NCBI GenBank assembly: GCA_050633305.1
Contig: JBOEGF010000004.1
Location: 416,878 to 480,877 of the forward strand
Origin: Nannocystales bacterium
GTDB taxonomy: Bacteria; Myxococcota_A; Polyangia; Nannocystales; Nannocystaceae
DNA: 64,000 nt
Reading direction: 5' to 3'
The first letter of the stretch is position 1; every line of letters starts with the position of its first letter. Below the pieces are notes generated by a model. The model was not told the DNA's origin and searched no databases. It was given only the letters and a program-made list of their open reading frames with translations. Both the position numbers and the translations under genes were made by a program. Positions 17,781 through 26,320 of this stretch are shown one piece after another.

Positions 17781-19343
17781 ATGCAACGAGACACTCCGAG
17801 TCCCTCGCGCGCCCTCGTCCTCGGACGAACGATCACCCTTCGCGATGTCCACGAGGTTGCGACACGCGCGGCCGAGGTGACGCTCGATCCCGAGATCCGC
17901 TCCCACCTCAAGGCGTCTCGCGCCCAGCTCCTCGCGGATGTCGAATCGGGGCAAGTGATCTACGGGGTCAACACCGGGTTCGGGGCGCTCAGCGGAAAAA
18001 CCGTCCCCGCGCACCAGCTCGAAGATCTGCAGCGCAACCTCCTCCGCAGTCACGCCTGCGGCGTCGGGCCGCTGCTCTCCCCACAGGTGGTGCGAACGCT
18101 GCTTGCGCTTCGTGCCCACACGCTCGCGCTGGGTGCCTCGGGCGCGTCCCCCGAAGTCGTGGACGGCATCCTCAATCTGCTCTCGCACGAGGTGCTCCCG
18201 GCCGTCCCCGAACAAGGCAGCGTCGGTGCAAGCGGCGACCTCGCGCCCTTGGCCCACCTCGCCTTGCCGCTGATCGGTGAGGGGCACGTGTTGGACCATG
18301 CGGGCACCCGTCGTCCCGCCGCCGAGGCGCTCTCGGAGGCAGAGTTGGCCCCTGTGCCGCTGGGCGCCAAGGAAGGTCTGTGTCTGATCAACGGCACGCA
18401 GGTCACCACCGCGATCGGGGCTCTCGCCACCTGGACCGCAGGGTACTTGGTGGCCACAGCCGATGTGGTGGGGGCGTTGAGCCTGGACGCCGGACTCAAC
18501 ACGGACGCGGCCTTCGACCCTCGCATCCACGCCGGGAAGCCCCACCCTGGCCAGATCGAGACCGCCACGGTGGTCCGGGAATTGGTCCAGGAGTCCGCGC
18601 TGCGGAGCTCGCACAGCGAGTGCGGCGAGGTCCAAGACGCGTACTGTTTCCGTTGCATGCCGCAGGTCCACGGCGCCGTGCGTTCCGCCGTGCGTTACGT
18701 CGCCGACGCGCTGTCGATCGAACTCAACAGCTTCACGGACAACCCGCTGCTCTTGCGTCGCGACGATGGTGGCTACGACGTCGTCAGCGGCGGGAACTTC
18801 CACGCCGGCTCGGTTGCGGTCCCCCTGGACCACCTCACGGCCGCCATCACGACGCTCGCGACGATCAGCGAGCGCCGAACCGACCGGTTCATGTCTCCGA
18901 CGACCTCGCGAGGCGTCCCCGCGTTTCTCGCCGACGATCCTGGGGTCGAGAGCGGGTTCATGCTCGCGCACGTCACGGCCGCCGCCCTGGCCAGTGAATG
19001 CAAGGCGCTGAGTTTCCCGGCGAGCGTCGATACGATTCCCACCTCAGCGGGGAAGGAAGACCACGTCAGCATGGGCCCCAACGCAGCCCGGAAGCTGGCC
19101 AAAGCGGTCGAGAATGTGTCGGCGGTGTTGGCGATCGAAGCGATGGCCGCGGCCCGCGTGCTCGATCTCCGAGCGGCGCAGACGTCCGACCGCCTCAGCG
19201 CGGTGCACAAGAAAATCCGCGAATACGTGCCGCCGCATGCGGGCGACCGCGTACTCGCGGACGATATCGAAGCGCTCGCGGGTGCCATCCGCCGCGGCGA
19301 ACTGCTCGAGGCGGCAGGCGTTCCGTCGCCCATCAGCGTCTGA
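17781..19343 (+). CDS. hutH: Histidine ammonia-lyase
   Basis: YGVNTGFG, NLLRSHACG (SH specificity pair of HAL), MIO motif GSVGASGDLAPL, QDAYCFRC, SGGNFH, EDHVSMG; ATG at 17781. Confidence 0.93.
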   Translation: MQRDTPSPSRALVLGRTITLRDVHEVATRAAEVTLDPEIRSHLKASRAQLLADVESGQVIYGVNTGFGALSGKTVPAHQLEDLQRNLLRSHACGVGPLLSPQVVRTLLALRAHTLALGASGASPEVVDGILNLLSHEVLPAVPEQGSVGASGDLAPLAHLALPLIGEGHVLDHAGTRRPAAEALSEAELAPVPLGAKEGLCLINGTQVTTAIGALATWTAGYLVATADVVGALSLDAGLNTDAAFDPRIHAGKPHPGQIETATVVRELVQESALRSSHSECGEVQDAYCFRCMPQVHGAVRSAVRYVADALSIELNSFTDNPLLLRRDDGGYDVVSGGNFHAGSVAVPLDHLTAAITTLATISERRTDRFMSPTTSRGVPAFLADDPGVESGFMLAHVTAAALASECKALSFPASVDTIPTSAGKEDHVSMGPNAARKLAKAVENVSAVLAIEAMAAARVLDLRAAQTSDRLSAVHKKIREYVPPHAGDRVLADDIEALAGAIRRGELLEAAGVPSPISV

Positions 19344-19379
19344 ACACCGCCGCGCCGCCACCGAGGGGACGGGCGAACC

Positions 19380-19793
19380 TCAGGGGGTGATCATATCGTT
19401 GAAGTCGGTCGTCAGTTGGTCGACGGCCGTCTTGAGCTCGGGGTCCTTGATGGACTCCGTCATCAACGTGATCTGCAAGCCTTGGACCTCGATCACCGAT
19501 TGCGCAAGGCTGCTGGTCATCTCGGCGGACACGTCCTCGCTCACTTGAAAGCCGCGGAGCTCGCCCAGCTCGGCCATTTTTGCACCGAGGTCGGCTTTCT
19601 TCGCATCGAGAAGCTTCTGAGCGTCTGCGACGCCCTTCTTCTTGTCGTCGGCATCGTTGACGGCCTTGACCATCTCGTCGGCAAGCGCGTCGATCTCGCT
19701 GGTCGTCTCCTTGACCATGTCGTCCTTCTTGCAGGCGGGTGCTGCGACGAGGAAGCTGAGAAGGAGTCCAGCAGCGAACAGTTTGCGTGGCAT
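19380..19793 (-). CDS. Small helical lipoprotein
   Basis: MPRKLFAAGLLLSFLVAAPAC-KKDD lipoprotein signal, amphipathic helices. Confidence 0.8.
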   Translation of the reverse strand: MPRKLFAAGLLLSFLVAAPACKKDDMVKETTSEIDALADEMVKAVNDADDKKKGVADAQKLLDAKKADLGAKMAELGELRGFQVSEDVSAEMTSSLAQSVIEVQGLQITLMTESIKDPELKTAVDQLTTDFNDMITP

Positions 19794-19839
19794 GAACCCC
19801 AAGACGCCCTGTTCCGGCGCGAGTTGCAAGCGAAATCGC

Positions 19840-22746
19840 TCAGAACGACTGATTGAACAGGACGTTGATGTTGAACGGAGGGAGCAGCGCGTCTGCGCTC
19901 TCCAACCCTTGGCGCTCGGCCAAGAAGTTCGGAAGCACCTGTTCGAGGCATCTGGTGCCCGTTCTCCGGATCAGGGGCACACTGGCCTCGACCTTGAGCA
20001 GCTGCGGGGTGACGCCGAGAATCGAGAGTCGGGCCGTGAGCGCGTAGCCCACATGCGCGTACCAGCTTTCTGCGCCAAACCAGCCACCGTAGTTCTCGCA
20101 CCGACTCGTCGTGGCAGCGCCTACAAATGCCACCCCGCCGAGACTCCGCCCATAGAGCACGTGCGCGAGGTTGCTGTGCATGTTGCGGAGAACCTGGTGA
20201 CGGTACTCGGCCTGAAGCGCCACTTGCCCCAGTCCGAAGGCCTCGTCCGCCGCATAGCCACCCAAGCCGCCGATGCCGCCCACCCGGGTGAGCGAGCGAA
20301 ACTCGGGATCTCCGACCAGCGGGACCACGATCTCTCCGCGCAGCGATGTCGCGAGCACATGGTCGTGTGCGAGTGGCCACAAGTGCACCCAAGCGGCATC
20401 GGCCGCGAGGTCGAAGCGGTTGTCGCTCTGTCCTTCGTGGTCGCGTAGCGTCTGCCGAGCCATGACGCCCAGGCTCAGCGCCCGACCGCGTTCGGGCCAC
20501 CACGCGAACCGCCGGGTGTCGTGAATGACCGAGACGCGCTCCGTGATCCGAGCGCCGCCAGCGGGGTCGAGCGAGCCGTCCGACAACCACCCGCCCGTCA
20601 TGAAGAGCCGTACGCGGCCGCGACGACGTTGGGGGTTGGCCTTCTTCCCCCACCACAGGTTGACACCGCTGCCGACGGCGATGATCGACTCCCGGTCCCG
20701 TGCGACGAGCACGTGCCCGGTCCGCCGGAGGTCTCGGCGAAGGCTCGCCTCGAAGGCCGCGAACCCTGCAATCGCGTTGAAGCTGGCCGCGGGGGTGTTC
20801 GCATTGACGAACTCCGACGCAGCGACACTCAGCCCGGCCCCGGTGTAGAGGAACCGGAACTGGGGCGCGTCCCGGTCGTTGAACGCCGGATCGACGTTGT
20901 CCGGCTTCAACGGGGTTTGAACGAGACGCTTCCGCGGGTCGAGGCGGACCGCGTCGAGCTTGCCCTTCGTCTTCACGACGAAGGTGTGGCTGCCCTCGAG
21001 AGGTTCGTCGCCCAGGGTCCGAGCGTGCGAAGCTTGGCCGTTCCACACCAGGTACTCGGCGCCGCCGTCCTTGTCGGTCACCAGGACCTGCACCGGTTCA
21101 ACGACCGGCTGGGCGGAGAGCTTGTGGATCGTGATGGTGTGCTCCCACCCCCCCGAGGTCCGCTTGGAGACGACGTCGCCGACCCAGTAGTCGACATCGG
21201 GGTACTCACCGAGCCATTGGTCGAAGAACCAGTCCAGCGCATGGCCGTAGACCCCCTCGGCCAATGCCTGCGGGTCCGAGGAGAGGTCGCGCAAGAGCGC
21301 ATCGTAGAAGGCCCCTACCCGCTTGGCTCCCAAGGTGTCGGTCAGCTTGCCGTGGAGACGACGACCCGTGGGGAGTGCGTGGGAGAACCACAAGGGGTGG
21401 TTGCGAAGCGGCGGGGCGTCTTCGACCCCGCGGAAGTACGTCTGCGAGAACGAGGCCTGCTGGGTGTAGAGGAATCGGTCGACCGCCGGAACGAAGGTCA
21501 AGTTGCGCAGAATGTCCCCTGCGAACTCGTCCGCATGTTCCTTCCTGGCGCGCCACAGGTCGAGCAGCGCCAGGGCGACCGAACCGCTCAACCAGAGGTC
21601 CGTCGAGGCGTCGTGCTCCCCGACGAACATGCCCATCGAGAACACGTCCGCCCAGCCGCGCGCGAGCGCTTCAATGTGGAACTTCTCGAACCGCCCCGAG
21701 GGGAACAACTCCAACGCCTGGTCGCTCACCACCAGCGTGGCGGGGTGGGCCTGCGTCACCTCGGAGCGCAGAGGTCCGACCACAGCCACGACCCGTTCAC
21801 CCGCCGGAACGGGTCGTGCCGCGGTCAACAACGCGACCATGTCCTCGGCCGTCGATGCCACGTGTCCGGGCAAGTCCCGCCACAGTTGCAAGCGTGTCTC
21901 CGCCGGGGTTCGACCGCTGGGACGGGGGCGGCGGTGAAACACGTCGATCTCAACCCCGTCGCGGACGGAGCGGGTTCGGTGCCACTGCGGCGCCCAGAAC
22001 ACCGACGGGTACGCGATCGGCTCACCACGGCTCGCAGAGATGACGACGCGGTCGGGGGGAGGCTCGCCGACCGAGCCGACGCTGATCGCGGGCCGTGCCG
22101 GACGAGAACCGAGGCGAACATCCTCGATTCTCCAGCGGACCGGTGCGATCACACGGCCTTCTGCGGGGAGATAACGCCCTCCCAGTGCCGGGGCCGAGGG
22201 CAGCGGCGCGACGGCGCCGCTGAGGCTGCAGGTTCTCCGAACGCATCCAAAAGGCCACGGGCGCGACGGAACCGTGACCACATACTCCAGCGTCACCTCC
22301 TGCACGCCTGGCCGCAGCAAGACCACCACGTCGCGGCGAGTCCCCCGGCGCTTCACCGAGATGGCGCCCTCATTCGCAACGACGTCCAGGACTCCGGCGT
22401 CGAACGGACCGTTGACGTACCCGGCCACGGCGGCCTCGTCGAGTTCGACCGGGTCCTCGCGCAGGAACGACGCGAAATCCAACAGGACCAGTTCCTGCCC
22501 CGCCACCGCGGGCGCACTCAAGCGGTACGTCGCGCGGCCGCGTACGAAGCCCTGCTTTCGCGGCACCCGGGTGCCGTCGGCCCGACGCTCGCCCCCTTCG
22601 AAGATCCGGAGGGACACGTCCACCGCGTCCACCGAAGCCGGCGCGGGGGCTGCAGCTGCGGTGGCACTCCACAGCGCGACGACGCAGGCAAAGGTCCAAA
22701 GTAAAGCCCGCGCGCACAACCGGTGGCGCAAGGAAGGCAAGCTCAT
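19840..22746 (-). CDS. Exported M1-aminopeptidase-like (degenerate gluzincin) domain fused to a C-terminal Omp85/BamA-like beta-barrel
   Basis: Signal peptide; M1-like motifs LWLSGSVA, LTDTLG, LDWFFDQWL, VRLDP; barrel motifs WPERG, GGIGGLGGY, LQAEYRH; ends NQSF. Confidence 0.7.
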   Translation of the reverse strand: MSLPSLRHRLCARALLWTFACVVALWSATAAAAPAPASVDAVDVSLRIFEGGERRADGTRVPRKQGFVRGRATYRLSAPAVAGQELVLLDFASFLREDPVELDEAAVAGYVNGPFDAGVLDVVANEGAISVKRRGTRRDVVVLLRPGVQEVTLEYVVTVPSRPWPFGCVRRTCSLSGAVAPLPSAPALGGRYLPAEGRVIAPVRWRIEDVRLGSRPARPAISVGSVGEPPPDRVVISASRGEPIAYPSVFWAPQWHRTRSVRDGVEIDVFHRRPRPSGRTPAETRLQLWRDLPGHVASTAEDMVALLTAARPVPAGERVVAVVGPLRSEVTQAHPATLVVSDQALELFPSGRFEKFHIEALARGWADVFSMGMFVGEHDASTDLWLSGSVALALLDLWRARKEHADEFAGDILRNLTFVPAVDRFLYTQQASFSQTYFRGVEDAPPLRNHPLWFSHALPTGRRLHGKLTDTLGAKRVGAFYDALLRDLSSDPQALAEGVYGHALDWFFDQWLGEYPDVDYWVGDVVSKRTSGGWEHTITIHKLSAQPVVEPVQVLVTDKDGGAEYLVWNGQASHARTLGDEPLEGSHTFVVKTKGKLDAVRLDPRKRLVQTPLKPDNVDPAFNDRDAPQFRFLYTGAGLSVAASEFVNANTPAASFNAIAGFAAFEASLRRDLRRTGHVLVARDRESIIAVGSGVNLWWGKKANPQRRRGRVRLFMTGGWLSDGSLDPAGGARITERVSVIHDTRRFAWWPERGRALSLGVMARQTLRDHEGQSDNRFDLAADAAWVHLWPLAHDHVLATSLRGEIVVPLVGDPEFRSLTRVGGIGGLGGYAADEAFGLGQVALQAEYRHQVLRNMHSNLAHVLYGRSLGGVAFVGAATTSRCENYGGWFGAESWYAHVGYALTARLSILGVTPQLLKVEASVPLIRRTGTRCLEQVLPNFLAERQGLESADALLPPFNINVLFNQSF

Positions 22747-22951
22747 GTGCAAACGTCCCAAGGGGCGTGCTGCCTATCTTGCACCAACGAGGCCTCGACG
22801 TTCAGGGTGCAAGCGCCGTCACTGCACACCTGAAGAGAGATGAGTCCCGGGTCGACGACGAATCCGTGAAAGAAATTCGCTCGCACCCGCGGGGCCATTT
22901 TCTGAGCACGTTAGGTTTGACAGCCCCCCTTGCACACGGGACTCTCCGGGT

Positions 22952-25216
22952 ATGCCGCGAGGCGTTTCTGCGTTGTCCTTGGCTGGTTTGATGGTGTTCG
23001 TCCCCGCAACTGCGTGGGCGGCTCCTCCCCCCCTTCCCGAGGGCGACCCCGCTCCGGCGGCCGATCCGGCCCCGACGGACGCTCCTGCGCCCGACCCGGG
23101 GGTGGGCGCGGACGCTGGCGGTGAAGCCGGCTTGGAGATTGGTGGGGAAGCGTCCTTCGATGCGTCCGCATCTGCACCGGAGACCGACGGTGACGTCGAT
23201 GCGCTCTTCGGCGGCGGGTCCGACGACGACTTCGACAGCGACTTCGGCGGCGATGCCGACTTCGACGCAGATGGCGACGCGGTCCTCCCCGAGGACGGTG
23301 ACGACACCGGGGGGGACGACGGCCCCGGCATGGTCGACGGCCGCAGCGAGCCGATGATGCCCACCACCCGGGCCGGCATCGGCCTGTTCCACACCTCTCT
23401 CCCGGACGTCGGGGGCAAGTACACGTTCCGCTTCCGGCTGCACACGAACTTCTTCCGCAAGGACAAGTTCATGTACGACGTCGGCGGGGTCACGGACCAA
23501 CACTCTCGGGTCCAAGGCGGCGTGACCATGGGCTTCACGCCCGCCAAGTGGGGCGAGATTTTCTTCAGCGTCAACTCGGCCGCCAACCGCAACGCTCGCG
23601 ACCAAGCCGACCGCCAAGACGCAGAAGCGATCTTCGCACTGGGCGACATCGACTTTGGCTTCAAGGGCGCCTGGAAGTTCAAGAACGGCATCGGCGTCGG
23701 TGGTCAGGCGGGCTTGGGGCTGCTCTCGGGCAGCGATCGCCTGCTGACCTCGAACGTGAATTTCTTCGTCGACGGGATGTTCGCTGTCGACCTCCGCTAC
23801 CTGACGGACCGCGAGTTCCCGTTCCGGTTCACGACGAACATCGGGTGGATGCTCGACCGCTCGCTTCAGAAGTCGGTCGCTGACTACGCCGCGATCGACG
23901 ACGCCGCGAGTCGGGAAATCAGCCGGTTCTCCCTGGGCGGCAACCATAGCCGCGTCCGCATGCGCTACGCCGTGGACTTCCCACTCCGGCTCGGCAAGGA
24001 AAAGAAGTTCGGGCTGGACCCGATCCTTGAGTGGGCGTGGGACGTGACGACGACGGAGGCGGAACGTGCGTTCGCACGCAACCAGTCGGCCCCCTCCCCC
24101 CTCCCCCGCTCCGCGCAGTGGCTGACCGTCGGCCTGCGCGCCAACGTCATCTCCGGACTCCATGTGGACGCAGCTGCGGACGTCGGCCTGGTTTCGCCAG
24201 GCTTCGAGTTCGGACCCCGGCAAGCTCCGTGGCAGATCATCCTCGGACTGGGCTGGTCGTTCGACCCCACCCCGGTCGTCCGCGAAGTCGAAGTACCCGT
24301 CGAAGCGCCGGCGCCTCCTGCGCCAGAGCCCATCCTCGAAGGGCGCATCCTCGGCGCGGTCGTCGACACCGCCGGAGCCCCGGTCTCCGGCGCCATCGTG
24401 AACTTCCCCGGACTCGTCTCCAACGGGATCGTCACCGACCCATCGGGCAACTTCACCAGCTACCGATTCCCTGAGGGCACCATCGCCTTCACAGTCTCGA
24501 TGCAGGACCAGATCGTCCACGAGGGGTCGGCCGACGTGGTCGCCGGCGAAGACACGCAAGTTCAGATTCAGCTCGAGTCCGGACCTGCAGCGCTCACGGG
24601 CGTCATCCGCGGAACCTTCACCGACAACACGGGCAAGGCCGTCGCCACGACCATGCAAGTCACCGGTCAGGGCGTCGACGAGCCGTTCAACTCGATGCCT
24701 GACGGCCAGATCGCCCTCGAGCTCAACGAGGGCCAGTACCAGGCGACGGCGACCGCTGAGGGCTACAAGACCAAGTCGTTCACCTTCACGGTCGAGCCCA
24801 ACGGAGACACGAGTTTCACAGAGGTGCTCGAACTCGACGCGCCTCCGGAAACCCCGCTGATCTCGCTCAACGGCAAGTCGTTGCGGGTCAAGAAGCGCAT
24901 CTCCTACGACGGAAAGAACCAGGTCGCCTCGAGCAGCTACGACGCGCTCGACCAGCTCGCCACCTTCCTCAAGTACCACCCCGAGGTGAAGGTCATCGAG
25001 GTCGGCACACACACCGACGACAAGGGGGCGGCCAAGTCCCGCACCGACACGCGGGCCGGCTCGGTCAAGTCGTACCTCGAGGGCAAGGGCGTCGCAGGCG
25101 GGCGGATCAAGACCCGTAGCTACGGCGCATCCAAACCCGTGGCGGTCAACATGACCAGTGCTGGGCGTTCCAAGAACAACCGCACCACCTTCCGCGTCGT
25201 GGACCTGGCCAAGTAG
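22952..25216 (+). CDS. OmpA-family outer membrane protein (acidic N-terminus, beta-barrel, two carboxypeptidase-regulatory-like domains, OmpA C-terminal domain)
   Basis: Signal peptide AWA; barrel ending LGLGWSFDP; HTDDKG...RAGSVKSYL, YGASKPV, NNRTTF. Confidence 0.88.
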   Translation: MPRGVSALSLAGLMVFVPATAWAAPPPLPEGDPAPAADPAPTDAPAPDPGVGADAGGEAGLEIGGEASFDASASAPETDGDVDALFGGGSDDDFDSDFGGDADFDADGDAVLPEDGDDTGGDDGPGMVDGRSEPMMPTTRAGIGLFHTSLPDVGGKYTFRFRLHTNFFRKDKFMYDVGGVTDQHSRVQGGVTMGFTPAKWGEIFFSVNSAANRNARDQADRQDAEAIFALGDIDFGFKGAWKFKNGIGVGGQAGLGLLSGSDRLLTSNVNFFVDGMFAVDLRYLTDREFPFRFTTNIGWMLDRSLQKSVADYAAIDDAASREISRFSLGGNHSRVRMRYAVDFPLRLGKEKKFGLDPILEWAWDVTTTEAERAFARNQSAPSPLPRSAQWLTVGLRANVISGLHVDAAADVGLVSPGFEFGPRQAPWQIILGLGWSFDPTPVVREVEVPVEAPAPPAPEPILEGRILGAVVDTAGAPVSGAIVNFPGLVSNGIVTDPSGNFTSYRFPEGTIAFTVSMQDQIVHEGSADVVAGEDTQVQIQLESGPAALTGVIRGTFTDNTGKAVATTMQVTGQGVDEPFNSMPDGQIALELNEGQYQATATAEGYKTKSFTFTVEPNGDTSFTEVLELDAPPETPLISLNGKSLRVKKRISYDGKNQVASSSYDALDQLATFLKYHPEVKVIEVGTHTDDKGAAKSRTDTRAGSVKSYLEGKGVAGGRIKTRSYGASKPVAVNMTSAGRSKNNRTTFRVVDLAK

Positions 25217-25247
25217 TAGAACGCCCCGCATCTGCTGAGCGCGCTCC

Positions 25248-25292
25248 AGGGCGACGTCGTCGGAATTCCGGCACGTCGCCCTTCTCGTTTTC
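25248..25292 (+). terminator. Putative intrinsic terminator
   Basis: Stem AGGGCGACGT...ACGTCGCCCT followed by a T-rich tract, between convergent genes. Confidence 0.65.
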
Positions 25293-25373
25293 CCTGCCAG
25301 GCAATGGTCAGGGGTCAGGGTCAGCGGCGCCCCAAGACGAACGCCGCCGGACCCCCACGCTGGGTGCGCCGTT

Positions 25374-26132
25374 TCAGCGTTGTCCGGCGGCGTCGACGAT
25401 CTCCGCGACCATCGCGAGAACATCGCCCGCCGGCTCGTGGCCAGCACGCTGGAGCCGTCGGAGCTGCTGCTCGTAGTCCGCGAGCGCGTGGCCGGGAACT
25501 CGGGGGATCCGGTCGAGAGCTCCGCGGACACGATCGATCACCTCGACCTGCATCAGCCAGTTCTGTTTGACGTGGAGCTGGAACAACCGATCGACCCAGA
25601 CCCCCGACGCGGTGTGCTCAGCGAGGCCCAGCAAGCAACTGACACAGGCCTGAGCAGCCGGGTGCTCGACGTCGACTGGGCTCGCGCCGAGCTGGTTGGT
25701 CAACGCGCTGGCATAACGCTCCGCCTCCTTCACCTTGCCCACGCGGAGGCTCTTCTCGACCAGCTGACCGATGAGCGAGGGGAAGCGCGTGTCCTCGCCC
25801 GGGGCCAGCGTTCGCCTCAATCCGCCATCGTCGAAGTCGTCGATCGGCTGATCGGAGCGCACGACGACCAGGATCTCTCGGCCGACTCTGACCTTGTCGC
25901 CATCGTGAACCGTGCGGCGGCCAACGATGCGCTGCCCGTTCACAAACGTGCCGTTGCGGCTGCCGAGGTCGACAAGCACCGCCGTCGGCCCAGCGATGTG
26001 AAATCGGGCGTGTTGCCGCGAGGCAAGGTCGTCATCGATCGTCAGCCAACAGTCGGGTAACCGACCGATGTCATGCTCGCCATCGGGCAGCGACATCGTG
26101 CGATTGCCGATCCTGACCTTGAAATGCGGCAC
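25374..26132 (-). CDS. FHA domain protein with helical C-terminal domain
   Basis: IGR...ASRQHA...GSRNGTFVNG intact FHA motifs. Confidence 0.88.
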   Translation of the reverse strand: MPHFKVRIGNRTMSLPDGEHDIGRLPDCWLTIDDDLASRQHARFHIAGPTAVLVDLGSRNGTFVNGQRIVGRRTVHDGDKVRVGREILVVVRSDQPIDDFDDGGLRRTLAPGEDTRFPSLIGQLVEKSLRVGKVKEAERYASALTNQLGASPVDVEHPAAQACVSCLLGLAEHTASGVWVDRLFQLHVKQNWLMQVEVIDRVRGALDRIPRVPGHALADYEQQLRRLQRAGHEPAGDVLAMVAEIVDAAGQR

Positions 26133-26320
26133 AAGCGTCCGTGCACCAGTCTACAGGAAAACGCGTGGCGCTGAAGCACGCGGTTGTCCGCGCCGCGCTC
26201 CCAGCCCCCGCGAGCCCGTCTGCCGGTCCTGCGGCCCGCCTTGGGGTCCAAGATGCGCCCGGATGACCAGGGTCGGCTTCCTTTGGGCCACTGGGACGCG
26301 GCGAGGCCCGGTGCGAGCGG

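Noticed and set aside
22802..25531. 909-aa antisense ORF, and similar long ones at 2683-4401, 20521-22704, 29812-31965, 38398-40839 and 47783-49972
   Set aside because: Shadows of real genes on the opposite strand, typical of high-GC codon bias; no recognisable motifs
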